From NCBI GenBank assembly GCA_029261635.1, contig JAJDAW010000070.1, positions 1-37,857 of the forward strand: DNA of 37,857 bases. The letters are read 5' to 3'. This document shows, in pieces, positions 7,163 through 16,806 of this stretch (positions are counted from its first letter, which is position 1; the number at the start of each line of letters is the position of its first letter). Source of the stretch: Nitrospinaceae bacterium. GTDB lineage: Bacteria; Nitrospinota; Nitrospinia; Nitrospinales; VA-1. Position numbers and translations under genes: made by a program. The notes under the pieces were generated by a model. It did not search any database. It was not told the origin of the DNA and saw nothing but the letters and a program-made list of their open reading frames with translations.

Positions 7163-8707
7163 ATGAAATCCATACAAAGGGCATTGATAAGTGTGTCGGA
7201 CAAGACAGGTGTCCTTGAATTCGCCAGGGAACTGCATAATTCCGGAATAGAAATTCTTTCCACGGGAGGCACCGCAGAGCTTTTGCGGAAAGGTGGTTTG
7301 CCTGTTATACAGGTGTCAGACTACACGGGCTTCCCGGAAATGATGGATGGCAGAATAAAAACCCTGCATCCCAGGGTGCATGGCGGAATTCTGGGGCGCA
7401 GAGATGTCCCCGAGCATATGCAAGCCATGGAAGATCATGGCATTCGCCCGATTGACCTTGTGGTGATAAACCTTTATCCGTTTGAACAGACCATAGCAAA
7501 GGAAGGCTGTACTTTAGAAGAGGCCATAGAGAATATAGATATTGGCGGTCCTGCGATGGTTCGTTCTTCAGCAAAAAACTGCAATGATGTAACCATTATT
7601 GTCGATCCAAAAGAGTATGACCTGATACTTAAAGAGATGAAAACAGGCTCTGTTTCTCTGGAAACCCGTCGCCGATTGAGTCGAGATGCGTTTGCCCACA
7701 CCGCTCGGTACGATTCATTGATCGCTACTTTTTTATCCGGTCAATGGGAAGAGGGTTTCCCGCCTTCTTTAAATCAACCTTATACAAAAGTTCAAGATTT
7801 GCGCTATGGGGAAAACCCTCACCAGTCAGCCGCTTTGTATAGGGAGAGCCGTCCGCTGCAAACCGATATCGTGTCGGCCAAGCAGTTGCAGGGCAAAGAA
7901 TTGTCTTTCAATAACTTTATCGATTTAAACGCAGCCTGGGAATTGGTGCGGGAAATGGATTCGGGAGCGGTTGCTATTATTAAGCATACCAACCCTTGCG
8001 GAGTTGCATTGGGAGACGACCAGTTAAAAACTTTCATTTTGGCAAGAGAGGTAGACCCTACTTCCGCATTTGGAGGAATTTTGGGGTTTAATCAACCTGT
8101 CACCGTAAAGACGGCGGAAGAGATCCTCAAAAATTTTGTAGAGGCTGTGGTAGCACCTGGTTTCGATCCGGAAGCGGTCAAATTATTTTCTGCAAAGAAA
8201 AATATTCGTCTAATGCAAATGCCGGGTGAAGCATTGAATGTAAAAGACCAGCGTTTCGACCTGAAACGAATTGGCGGTGGACTATTGGTTCAGAGTCAAG
8301 ATTCTTTGAACTATGTTGAAGACCAGTTAAAAATTGCCAGTGATAGAGAACCCGATGCCCGGGAAATGGAAGACATGAAGTTTGCTTGGCTGGTGGCAAA
8401 ACACGTAAAGTCCAATGCCATCATTTATGCAAAAGACAAAGAGATTCTTGGAATCGGGGCAGGCCAAATGAGTCGGGTTGACTCTGCTCGGGTTGCGGTC
8501 GAAAAGGCTCGCAAATCGCTATCCGGCGCGGTCATGGCTTCTGATGCGTTTTTCCCCTTTAGAGATTCTGTCGATGAAGCTGCCAAGAATGGAATTTCAG
8601 CTATTATTTCCCCAGGCGGTTCCATTCGAGATGAAGAAGTTTTACAGGCCGCAAATGAGCATAATATTGCCATGGTTTTTACTGGCACCCGCCATTTTAA
8701 GCATTAA
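7163..8707 (+). CDS. purH: Bifunctional AICAR transformylase/IMP cyclohydrolase
   Basis: RALISVSDKTG, LSTGGTA, IDIGGP, LRYGENPHQ, KHTNPCG, ASDAFFPF, TRHFKH. Confidence 0.99.
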   Translation: MKSIQRALISVSDKTGVLEFARELHNSGIEILSTGGTAELLRKGGLPVIQVSDYTGFPEMMDGRIKTLHPRVHGGILGRRDVPEHMQAMEDHGIRPIDLVVINLYPFEQTIAKEGCTLEEAIENIDIGGPAMVRSSAKNCNDVTIIVDPKEYDLILKEMKTGSVSLETRRRLSRDAFAHTARYDSLIATFLSGQWEEGFPPSLNQPYTKVQDLRYGENPHQSAALYRESRPLQTDIVSAKQLQGKELSFNNFIDLNAAWELVREMDSGAVAIIKHTNPCGVALGDDQLKTFILAREVDPTSAFGGILGFNQPVTVKTAEEILKNFVEAVVAPGFDPEAVKLFSAKKNIRLMQMPGEALNVKDQRFDLKRIGGGLLVQSQDSLNYVEDQLKIASDREPDAREMEDMKFAWLVAKHVKSNAIIYAKDKEILGIGAGQMSRVDSARVAVEKARKSLSGAVMASDAFFPFRDSVDEAAKNGISAIISPGGSIRDEEVLQAANEHNIAMVFTGTRHFKH

Positions 8708-8768
8708 GCCACCACATCCCCCCATTTTAGCTTCATCCTTCTAGGTCTAAGTGCGCCATTTCATTTTA

Positions 8769-8797
8769 TTGACAATGGCGAATTAAATTAATACAAT
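8769..8797 (+). promoter_or_regulatory. Sigma70 promoter of the response regulator
   Basis: TTGACA-17 nt-TACAAT. The -35 lies inside the inverted repeat CGCCATT...AATGGCG. Confidence 0.7.
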
Positions 8798-8851
8798 ATA
8801 TTCGATTCCCGATACGTATTTTTTCCGTAACCTTCACTAATTGGAGGATAT

Positions 8852-9274
8852 ATGGCCTGCTTGCCTGGGACATTGGATATTCTGTATGCCGAAGATGATG
8901 GGGAGGATTTTTCCTTGTTTCTTGATGCTGTGCAGGAAAATGGCTTTTCGTTTAATATTCAGCGCGTAAATGATGGCCAGGAATTGGTGGATTTTTTTGC
9001 AGAAACAACCTCGGAGTTACCCAAACTAATAATTTCAGATTTAAATATGCCGAAGAAAAACGGTCTTGAAGCGGTGCGCGAGATTCGTAGAAAATCGGTA
9101 CTCTCAAAAATCCCAATAATTATTTTTTCAGGTAGTAAGTCTCCGGAAGAAGTCCAGCTAAGCTATGATTTAGGGGTAAATAGTTTTATCCAAAAGCCGT
9201 TAAGCTATCAAGAGCACTTGCTGTGCATTAAGAACATTCACAACTTCTGGTTCGAGACCGCCCAATTACCTTGA
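8852..9274 (+). CDS. Single-domain response regulator (Rcp-like)
   Basis: AEDD, SDLNMPKKNG, GVNSFIQKP, C-terminal FW...AQLP. GGAGG RBS upstream. Confidence 0.92.
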   Translation: MACLPGTLDILYAEDDGEDFSLFLDAVQENGFSFNIQRVNDGQELVDFFAETTSELPKLIISDLNMPKKNGLEAVREIRRKSVLSKIPIIIFSGSKSPEEVQLSYDLGVNSFIQKPLSYQEHLLCIKNIHNFWFETAQLP

Positions 9275-9284
9275 TCTTTATCGA

Positions 9285-10058
9285 ATGAATAAATTCATAA
9301 AAAAAATAATTAAACTCAGCATTTTTGGAGGTTTGGTTTTTGGTGGATGGCAGGCTAACTTGAAATGGGAAGAGTTTAAACCTGTTCTGGCAGAGCTTGA
9401 AGAAAAAGATCCGGAAAAATACGCGAAGATGGTGGAAGAGGCTCAATCTTTTCATATTGATGAAACGAGAAAATTATATCGCGCACTCGACAGGATGACC
9501 TTTGCTGAAGTAATTGACCTTCGCTACAGCAAGTTCTTGGAAAAAAGAAAATCCGATAAAAAATATAGAGAAGATTCTTACGATGAAGAACTTCAAATGA
9601 GGGAAGAGGAAAGAAAAAACAAGCTTGAAAACGACCAAGCCAAAATCGAAGAGCTAAAAAAACTCCGTTTAAAAAAACCTATCAAAGTAAGGTTCGGTCA
9701 GTGGGGAAAAATCTTGCCCTGGCAGCAAAGACTTATTTTGAGAGAAAAATGCATCAAATATTTTAAAAGGAAAATAGAGGATAACCAAACCCATAATAAC
9801 GGATTAAAAACTTCCAATGTAACCACTATGGTATCTCGTGTGGGGCAGGAGCCTTTGGAGGTTGAAAATCTTTGTGAGGGTTTAGTGCCGATGACATCTG
9901 ACCCGCAAGTAATTCAGAATTCAATTTTGAGCTTAAAGAAATCTATGAACTTTTTCTACTTCGCACAATTGCTGGAGGAGACAGGTATCCCGAGAGCCGT
10001 TGTTTTCCCTTTTAAAGATGAGTTGGAAGGAATGTCTCGGGATTATAACGACTCTTGA
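9285..10058 (+). CDS. Hypothetical protein with N-terminal membrane anchor and coiled coil
   Basis: 257 aa ORF starting 10 nt after the response regulator. Confidence 0.7.
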   Translation: MNKFIKKIIKLSIFGGLVFGGWQANLKWEEFKPVLAELEEKDPEKYAKMVEEAQSFHIDETRKLYRALDRMTFAEVIDLRYSKFLEKRKSDKKYREDSYDEELQMREEERKNKLENDQAKIEELKKLRLKKPIKVRFGQWGKILPWQQRLILREKCIKYFKRKIEDNQTHNNGLKTSNVTTMVSRVGQEPLEVENLCEGLVPMTSDPQVIQNSILSLKKSMNFFYFAQLLEETGIPRAVVFPFKDELEGMSRDYNDS

Positions 10059-10069
10059 TAAACCTGCGG

Positions 10070-10537
10070 TCAGGTTATTTCTTTACTTTTTTCCTGGTTC
10101 AATTTTTCGGTCAATACCGCAATCGCCGTTGCCAGCTGCTTTAATTCTGTATTAGACTTTATTTCAGGCAGTTCTGTCTTGCCATCTTCTTCCGCAAATT
10201 GTACCAGTTTCTTCAAGGGACGAATCACCATGCTGATGGTGTAGAGTCCACCGATCACACATATGATGGTGCCGAATACTGCCATCCCAAGCATTTCATT
10301 TTTTAACTGACCTGCACTGCGTGTGACCCGATCTTTTAATAATTCCAGTTGCTTCGGTTCCAAGGTTTCAGTGTTCATGGTTCCTACAATGCGCTCAACT
10401 TGCCCCAACTGAACATAGAGGAAAAAAGCCGCGTAACCGAGGCAGGAGATGACCACGATATAACCCGTCATCAAAAGGTTTATAATGCTTTTTTTCTCGC
10501 CTGGAAGCTCATCTCGAAAGATGGAATTATTTGCCAT
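10070..10537 (-). CDS. Two-TM protein with HAMP-like C-terminus and no output domain
   Basis: TM-loop-TM followed by VIRPLKKLVQFA...TELKQLATAI. Confidence 0.65.
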   Translation of the reverse strand: MANNSIFRDELPGEKKSIINLLMTGYIVVISCLGYAAFFLYVQLGQVERIVGTMNTETLEPKQLELLKDRVTRSAGQLKNEMLGMAVFGTIICVIGGLYTISMVIRPLKKLVQFAEEDGKTELPEIKSNTELKQLATAIAVLTEKLNQEKSKEIT

Positions 10538-10538
10538 T

Positions 10539-11540
10539 TTAATTTTGCCTTTTTATAGCTACTTTATATCTTTTACCCAAGGTTGGGTATAGAGATGCTT
10601 TTTTATAGCGTGATGAAGATTTTTGCAGGAGATTATATCTTTCCCTGGACGTGGGGTGAGTGCTAGAAAAAATGGAACCTTGATTTTTCTTGCTGGCTCC
10701 TAATTTCTGGATAAACCTTTTCAAGGCTCCAGGATAGTACCCCGTGCGATAAGCGAACTCCCTTCCATATTTGTCTGCTTCAAATTCCAGATTCTTATCC
10801 AGACCTTTGGTGAACAATACATTGGAAACTTCATCGATGAGTTTATCGAACAGTCCGGGGTCTTTGTCCATTACTGCTAAAGTCAATGAGCTGACACCTT
10901 GTAGGCTACGACTTCTTTCCAGTGTTTGCAGGGCGTGTTTGCGAGCGATATGAGCAACTTCGTGAGCGAGTACGCCGGCTAATTCAGCTTCAGTTTCGAT
11001 CATTCTTAACAAACCGATACTGACAAACACATAGCCGCCGGGCGTAGCGAATGCATTGGGAAATTCTGTATTTAAAATCGCAAAATGATAATCGATATCG
11101 GATCGACTGGAAACATCGGCAACGGCCTGCCCCACCAAATTGATATAGCGTAGTAGCTCCGGGTCATCGTAAGTACCACCATAGCGGTTGAAAACTTCAA
11201 CGGCCAACCGCCCACCTATGGCTTTTTCTTCTTCATAGGCGATGGGCTGTAGAGATTTCAAAGTGTTGACGCTCTGTTGTAAAATTTTAGATGTTTTCTT
11301 ATCAAAAATTCCCAACGAGTCACCAAGTCCAATCAAGCCTCCGCTTTGTCCAGAACTCTGCTCAGAACTTTGAGCCTGACTTTGCGCCGGTTTTGTTTCT
11401 TCTTTTTTCGGTTGAGCTTTCTCTGGCGGTCGGGTGGACTTTTCCACTTCCTTTAGAATATCGCCAAAGTTAAAAGAGTGGGAAGGAATAGCCCAGAAGA
11501 CCGCACATAAAAAACATAGAATAAAAAATTTAGTTTTCAT
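10539..11540 (-). CDS. M48 family zinc metallopeptidase, exported
   Basis: Signal peptide; PNAFATPGGYV, ELAGVLAHEVAH, EFEAD, STHP. Confidence 0.92.
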   Translation of the reverse strand: MKTKFFILCFLCAVFWAIPSHSFNFGDILKEVEKSTRPPEKAQPKKEETKPAQSQAQSSEQSSGQSGGLIGLGDSLGIFDKKTSKILQQSVNTLKSLQPIAYEEEKAIGGRLAVEVFNRYGGTYDDPELLRYINLVGQAVADVSSRSDIDYHFAILNTEFPNAFATPGGYVFVSIGLLRMIETEAELAGVLAHEVAHIARKHALQTLERSRSLQGVSSLTLAVMDKDPGLFDKLIDEVSNVLFTKGLDKNLEFEADKYGREFAYRTGYYPGALKRFIQKLGASKKNQGSIFSSTHPTSRERYNLLQKSSSRYKKASLYPTLGKRYKVAIKRQN

Positions 11541-11542
11541 AA

Positions 11543-12046
11543 TTAGTCCGCATAAGCTCCTAGTCGACCTTCTTCAAGAAACTTGTCCAGGGCTTCATCA
11601 TCGACTTTATAACGTTCCATTTCTTTTACAGATTCAATACTCGCTGGTGACGCGCCTTTTTTAATAGCGTGTTCTTCAGATACAGGACTGAGACCACGAA
11701 TGCTGGAACCATAGGCAGACTCGCGAGCGGCGATCTGTTGTTGCCCGCCCAATGCGCCTAACACATCACCGTCTCCACTGCTGCCTGAAGGTGCATTTTT
11801 AGTTAATTTGAATCTGAAAATCCATCCTGTCTCGCCACCCGCAGAAACTTTATAAAATTTTCCGGATTTCCCGAGAACATCTACAGGAGTTCCTTTATTA
11901 AGTTTGCCTAATACTTTAGAGCGCGCTTTTGCCTTGGCTTGTAATTTGGTCGCAGATTTTTTCACATACCAAGTCTCTGCTGCAACTTGAGAGGTGAAAA
12001 CAAATCCGGAAAAAATAAATATAAAGCTGTAAATAAGTGGACGCAC
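11543..12046 (-). CDS. Exported SH3-domain protein
   Basis: Signal peptide; SKVLGKLNKGTPVDVLGKSGKFYKV...GWI. Confidence 0.75.
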   Translation of the reverse strand: MRPLIYSFIFIFSGFVFTSQVAAETWYVKKSATKLQAKAKARSKVLGKLNKGTPVDVLGKSGKFYKVSAGGETGWIFRFKLTKNAPSGSSGDGDVLGALGGQQQIAARESAYGSSIRGLSPVSEEHAIKKGASPASIESVKEMERYKVDDEALDKFLEEGRLGAYAD

Positions 12047-12124
12047 GAGTCTTTGAGTAAAAAAATTTATTATTGATTAGAGTAGACCCAGCTTCCCTTA
12101 ATCTGGCAAAAAGGTCAACTATTT

Positions 12125-13018
12125 TTAAGGTTTTGCTTTATTAAAAGCTTTGTGAAGACGTGCCCAGTTGAAAGCGGAACCGGGATCATATTTGCATTCG
12201 AGTCCCGTCGATCCATTTTGAATATGGCAATGCCCCAATACCCCCGCAAAGCGGGAAAAGTTTTTCAGACGGTCTAGAGGGTGTCGTCCGGTTTCTTTGT
12301 CGAGCGGAACTTTTAATTTTATTGCGGGGAGTAATTGGTTTAACCCCAAACTAAGTTTTATCAATGTTTCATATTGTTCTTCGGTGAAGTCCCACATCCT
12401 AACCATTTTTCCGTTAATTTTTTTACTGTAATAGCCTCTCTCTCCATAAGCCCGAGAAGGCATTGCACTAAAAGAATGACTCATCGTTTTGTGTTCATCG
12501 GGAAGGCTGAGTTTCCAACCCTTTGCTGTTTTTTTATATTTATCTTTTTTTGAAGGAAAATATTCGGCCTGCTTTGCCAATGCCTCCCAAGACAGGTTTG
12601 CGATTTCTACATGCACAGCTCTTTCATTGCCTTTTTTGTCGTCAGCCGGGGCGGTATTGGTTTTCCAGTACAAGTCGCACGTTTGAAAAAGAGTGCCGTC
12701 GAGGTCCAGATAAAAATGGCTTCCTTTAAATGGACTTGCAAGCATCAGTTGATGACAGTGCGAGGAGGTGTAGCAAACATCGTAATGCAGAACAAACTGA
12801 TGAACGGTTTTTATTAATTCGCGGTAGGCGGTTTGAGTATTTTTTATTTTATAGTTTGAGAATTTTTGCGTTGGCGCATCATTTAATGCTGAGGCATGCT
12901 GACTTAGAGCCTGTCGTCCGCGTCTATTGGGGCATGCGAATCCGTCTTTTTCGTTCCATAAAACCACGCGGGTGCCGATATCTACCTTTTTTTCGCAGGC
13001 AATGATGTTCTGGTTCAT
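12125..13018 (-). CDS. N-acetylmuramoyl-L-alanine amidase (Amidase_2)
   Basis: FVLHYD, SHFYLDLDGTLFQ, GNERAVHVEIAN, FTEEQY, VLGHCHI, KYDPG. Confidence 0.8.
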   Translation of the reverse strand: MNQNIIACEKKVDIGTRVVLWNEKDGFACPNRRGRQALSQHASALNDAPTQKFSNYKIKNTQTAYRELIKTVHQFVLHYDVCYTSSHCHQLMLASPFKGSHFYLDLDGTLFQTCDLYWKTNTAPADDKKGNERAVHVEIANLSWEALAKQAEYFPSKKDKYKKTAKGWKLSLPDEHKTMSHSFSAMPSRAYGERGYYSKKINGKMVRMWDFTEEQYETLIKLSLGLNQLLPAIKLKVPLDKETGRHPLDRLKNFSRFAGVLGHCHIQNGSTGLECKYDPGSAFNWARLHKAFNKAKP

Positions 13019-13057
13019 GGTCGATTGGCTGGAGTTAAGTGTTAGGAGTTCAGAAAA

Positions 13058-13933
13058 TCATAAACTGTTTTCTGTTGTGCCACCCCAATGCAGTTTTTTT
13101 CTCAACAACTGATAATAATTTTTACCGGGAGTTTGAATAAGCTTTACGGGGATGTCTGCTTTTTTTGCTTCCAGAATATCTCCCGATTTCATGGAATACC
13201 CGGTTTGACCATCCAGTGTAACTCTCACGTCTTCATCTTCATTGCGGGTTGTTAGTTGGACTTTAATCGTTGAAGAATCGGGTATCACAATGGGCCTGTT
13301 TGTCAGGGCAAAAGGGCAAATAGGACTGAGCACCAAAGCCCGCATGCTGGGATGGATAATGGGGCCGCCCGCTGACAAAGAGTGAGCGGTGGAACCTGTA
13401 GGGGAAGCGATGATCAAGCCATCTGCACGGTAAGAAGTCATGTATTGGTCATCGACAAAAACCTCCAGATTCACTATCCTCGCCAACGCTCCATTATTGA
13501 TGACAATATCATTGAGCACATTGAAGTCTTCAATTTTTTTTCCATCCCGAAGGGCCCGAGCATTTAAAAGCATGCGGTTTTCTATTACGCATTTTCCATT
13601 TAAAACTTTTTCGAGAGTCGGGTAAAGATCTTCCGTAGTGGTTTCTGTTAAGAAACCCAGGCTTCCCAGGTTGACACCTAAAATGGGAACTTCATACGGG
13701 TGAGCAATGCTCGCGACATTAAGTAAGGTTCCATCACCGCCCAAAACTATTATGAGATCGGAATTGGAGGCGACTTCTTCTTTCGAGGTGGAAGGCTTTT
13801 TGCCGATAAGATCAGCGGTATCCGGCTCTAAATAAACCGTGCAATTTTTGGACTCTAACCATTGAGTCAGCTCGCTGACAATTTTTGCATCGATATTTGG
13901 CTTTTGTTTGCAGAATATTCCAATCTTCTTCAC
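13058..13933 (-). CDS. nadK: NAD kinase
   Basis: LGGDGTLL, GVNLGSLGFL, LND, ADGLIIASPTGSTAHSLSAGGP. Confidence 0.97.
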   Translation of the reverse strand: MKKIGIFCKQKPNIDAKIVSELTQWLESKNCTVYLEPDTADLIGKKPSTSKEEVASNSDLIIVLGGDGTLLNVASIAHPYEVPILGVNLGSLGFLTETTTEDLYPTLEKVLNGKCVIENRMLLNARALRDGKKIEDFNVLNDIVINNGALARIVNLEVFVDDQYMTSYRADGLIIASPTGSTAHSLSAGGPIIHPSMRALVLSPICPFALTNRPIVIPDSSTIKVQLTTRNEDEDVRVTLDGQTGYSMKSGDILEAKKADIPVKLIQTPGKNYYQLLRKKLHWGGTTENSL

Positions 13934-13993
13934 AAAGTCACCATAACCAACGAAAAAATGTGTGGGGGAATAATATCAGACCGGCAGGAGAGT

Positions 13994-14491
13994 TTAGAGC
14001 TTGCCGAAATCTTCCGGTTTTATTTTGTTCAGCCAATCTTGCCATTGCTTTTCATCATCCGTATTTGTTTTTTCTGGATCAGGGAGATCCAGGCTTTTGG
14101 CAGCCTCGATAACTTGTTCTTCTACAAATATAGGTGACTTAGTCCTCAATGCCAGAGCGATAGCATCTGAAGGGCGGGAATCGATGGAGAGCGTGGTGTC
14201 TCCACAAACCACAGAAATAACAGCATAAAAAGTATTGTCTTTTAGTTCATTGACCAAGATGTGGTTGACCGTGGCTTTCATATTCTGGATCAGGTTTTTG
14301 ATCAGATCATGAGTCATCGGACGGGGTGTGGAAATATTTTCAATTTCCAGAGCGATCGCATTTGCTTCAAAATAGCCGACCCAGATGGGCAATGCTTTTG
14401 CGCCCGTAGAATCTTTTAAAATAATGATGGGCATATTAGTGAGTGGGTCTAAAGTCAGCCCCTCTACTTTCATTTCAACCATGTCCATCAA
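13994..14491 (-). CDS. Bifunctional nuclease (DUF151/BFN) family protein
   Basis: LPIWVG..EA.AI, PRPMTHDL, IDSRPSDAIALALR. Confidence 0.93.
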   Translation of the reverse strand: MMDMVEMKVEGLTLDPLTNMPIIILKDSTGAKALPIWVGYFEANAIALEIENISTPRPMTHDLIKNLIQNMKATVNHILVNELKDNTFYAVISVVCGDTTLSIDSRPSDAIALALRTKSPIFVEEQVIEAAKSLDLPDPEKTNTDDEKQWQDWLNKIKPEDFGKL

Positions 14492-14604
14492 CCTCAGGGA
14501 ATTGGGTAATAAATTATAGGATACTCTTATATCTTATCAGGTTTATGAAGGCAAATCGGATAAAAGAACCCCTGAAAAAATAAAGTAGGTTTTATATAGG
14601 GTGA

Positions 14605-14853
14605 TTAATTTTCACCTGGATGCTCTTTATTTTCCTTAAGAACTTTAAGCAGAGCCTCCCGAACTGCATCGGGAACTTGAACCTGATTCAAGGTGTCCCG
14701 GCAAATTGTTGTAGTCGATTTATAGGTTTTCATAAATGAAATACAGGGAGGGCATTCCTGAAAATGCTCTTCGAGGGAATCCGTCGTTTCTTGATCGAGG
14801 GAGCCTTCGATATAATCGTAGAGCAGGTCAAGGCACTCTTTGCAACAAATCAT
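14605..14853 (-). CDS. zf-HC2 zinc-binding anti-sigma factor (soluble)
   Basis: C...L.DYIEG.L...HFQECPPC (HxxxCxxC); overlaps the sigma gene stop (ATGA). Confidence 0.85.
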   Translation of the reverse strand: MICCKECLDLLYDYIEGSLDQETTDSLEEHFQECPPCISFMKTYKSTTTICRDTLNQVQVPDAVREALLKVLKENKEHPGEN

Positions 14854-15479
14854 TTTTCTACCTTCCGGGATGTAAATTCTTCAAAATAGTTTGCAAGTTT
14901 TTTTCTCAAAAATAATCTCGCGCGATGCAATCTCGACTTCACCGCTGGAACGGTTAAATCCAGAATCTCACCTGCTTTTTCAGTCGAGAGCCCTTCAACA
15001 TCCCGCAAAAGGAAAACAACTTTTTCCTTTTCAGGGAGAAGGTCGATGGCCTTGTTTATGACATCGCGGGTTTCATTGGTGAACAATAACGATTCAGTGT
15101 TTTCTGACCAGTCCTGAATCTTTTCTTGTTGAAATCCCGCCCCATTAAACGAGGGCATCAGCTCATCTATAGATACGTTCGGTTCTTTCTTCTTGCTCCG
15201 CAGCTTCATGTAGCTGGCGTTTAGCGTGATTCGGTAAACCCAGCTCGAAAAAGCAGACTTGCCCTGAAACGTATGGATTTTGCGGAAGAGAGTCAGAAGA
15301 ACTTCCTGCGTCACATCCTGCGCATCCATTTGGTTGCGGGTCAAATTGAAACTGAGGCCGTATATCTTTTTTTGATAGATCTCAGCTATTTTGTCGTAAG
15401 CTTCAAGGTTGCCGCCTTGAAACTCCCGCACCAGAGCTTCTTCTAATTTTTTATCTTCTTTAGGCTGGGTAAAGGACAT
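14850..15479 (-). CDS. ECF sigma-70 factor
   Basis: DAQDVTQEV, FQGKSAFSSWVYRIT.N, VKSRLHRAR. Confidence 0.95.
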   Translation of the reverse strand: MSFTQPKEDKKLEEALVREFQGGNLEAYDKIAEIYQKKIYGLSFNLTRNQMDAQDVTQEVLLTLFRKIHTFQGKSAFSSWVYRITLNASYMKLRSKKKEPNVSIDELMPSFNGAGFQQEKIQDWSENTESLLFTNETRDVINKAIDLLPEKEKVVFLLRDVEGLSTEKAGEILDLTVPAVKSRLHRARLFLRKKLANYFEEFTSRKVEK

Positions 15480-15636
15480 AACAAGTGGTTCGAAGTAGAG
15501 AGATGTCTCTTTTTACCAGGAAACCATGCACCCATCCTGATAAAATAAGATGCGCCGAACAGCAAAGCGATTCAATTGGAATGCGTTACCAGCATTTTTC
15601 TTGAGAAAAAAGAGCCGGGTAAACAGTAGAAACGGG

Positions 15637-15921
15637 TTATTTTGCTTCCGGTTCTGTGGAAGAAGCAACAGGATTTTCGTCAGAGCTGGCATCAGCAGCA
15701 GAATCACCCTCAGCAGTAGCACCTTCACCCTCTGTAACTGCGGCTGTGGCAGAGTCTTCGCCTTCTGGCAACTCTTCATTTTCTGCATCCTTCATCGATT
15801 TCTTAAAGTTCCGGATGCTATTTCCAAAGGCGCTACCAATTTCAGGCAACTTACCTGCTCCAAATATGATCATGATAATGACCAAAATGATCATCAATTC
15901 TGGAAAACCAATTCCCATCAT
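15637..15921 (-). CDS. tatA: Twin-arginine translocase TatA/E
   Basis: GIGFPELMIILVIIMIIFGAGKLPEIG...G.SIRNFKK. Confidence 0.95.
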   Translation of the reverse strand: MMGIGFPELMIILVIIMIIFGAGKLPEIGSAFGNSIRNFKKSMKDAENEELPEGEDSATAAVTEGEGATAEGDSAADASSDENPVASSTEPEAK

Positions 15922-16079
15922 AGCGAAAATCCCTTTATTTATTTGAGAAAACGCCGATTATAACACTAAACCTTATGCATGCAACCCAATTATTGCCTGG
16001 ATAAATCAACATTTTATGATACAATTTCGCCATTGAAGTTGAATTAATTACGTAATTAAATACTAGGATACAGATAGTT

Positions 16080-16685
16080 ATGAGATTTTTACTTGCCGTA
16101 GCCACGGCTTTTTGCCTGCTCTTGTCAACTCACACGTTTACCGCCGAGGCCGACACTTTTTCTCAACGATTCGAAAAAGGTTCTTCCGATTTTGGTGGCC
16201 AAGTTGGGTGGGGTTATACCTTCGATTTACCCCCCGGAAGAGATCGTATCAATATAGGTACGGCTTTCATCTTTCCCAACTGGCAAAAAAACCTCACAGG
16301 TTTGATAGGGGATTCCTGGTACAAAGGCGCGTTGTTCTACCATGCAGAAGCAGGGGTTGCCATTGCTGCCGATCGTGGTGGAAACACACTATGGGGTTTT
16401 TCTCCTCTCATGGCTCAATATAAGTTTCTCAGTCCCGACAGAAAATGGGCTCCGAATATTCTTGCAGGGGCAGGTTTCTCATACGGCGACTGGAATGATT
16501 TGGCCACACGCGAGATTGCAACACCCTTTGAATTTCTACTCCATATAGGTGCGGGTGTTGAGTTCTACAACCAAACCGGAGCCTGGTCTGTAAATTATCG
16601 CCTGTGGCATGTCTCCAATTCAGGAATCGAGTTCCCCAATATCGGCCTCAACGCTCATATCTTCAGTCTTGGCAAACGCTTCTAG
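16080..16685 (+). CDS. PagL-like lipid A deacylase / acyloxyacyl hydrolase beta-barrel
   Basis: Signal peptide; YRLWHVSNSGI..PN.GLN motif; C-terminal Phe. Confidence 0.8.
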   Translation: MRFLLAVATAFCLLLSTHTFTAEADTFSQRFEKGSSDFGGQVGWGYTFDLPPGRDRINIGTAFIFPNWQKNLTGLIGDSWYKGALFYHAEAGVAIAADRGGNTLWGFSPLMAQYKFLSPDRKWAPNILAGAGFSYGDWNDLATREIATPFEFLLHIGAGVEFYNQTGAWSVNYRLWHVSNSGIEFPNIGLNAHIFSLGKRF

Positions 16686-16733
16686 CGGCTCCACTGAAGG
16701 GGAATGAAACCCATCAATAAAACTACCTTGCCC

Positions 16734-16767
16734 GTCATCGCGAGCGACAATGGAGAGCGGCGATCCA
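16734..16767 (+). repeat. CGTC-type palindromic repeat
   Basis: GTCATCGCGAGCGA...GCGGCGATCCA; related copies at 20200 and 20930. Confidence 0.75.
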
Positions 16768-16806
16768 TTCTTGCGATATTTACGCGAGTAAGGAGTATAA
16801 GGTTTC

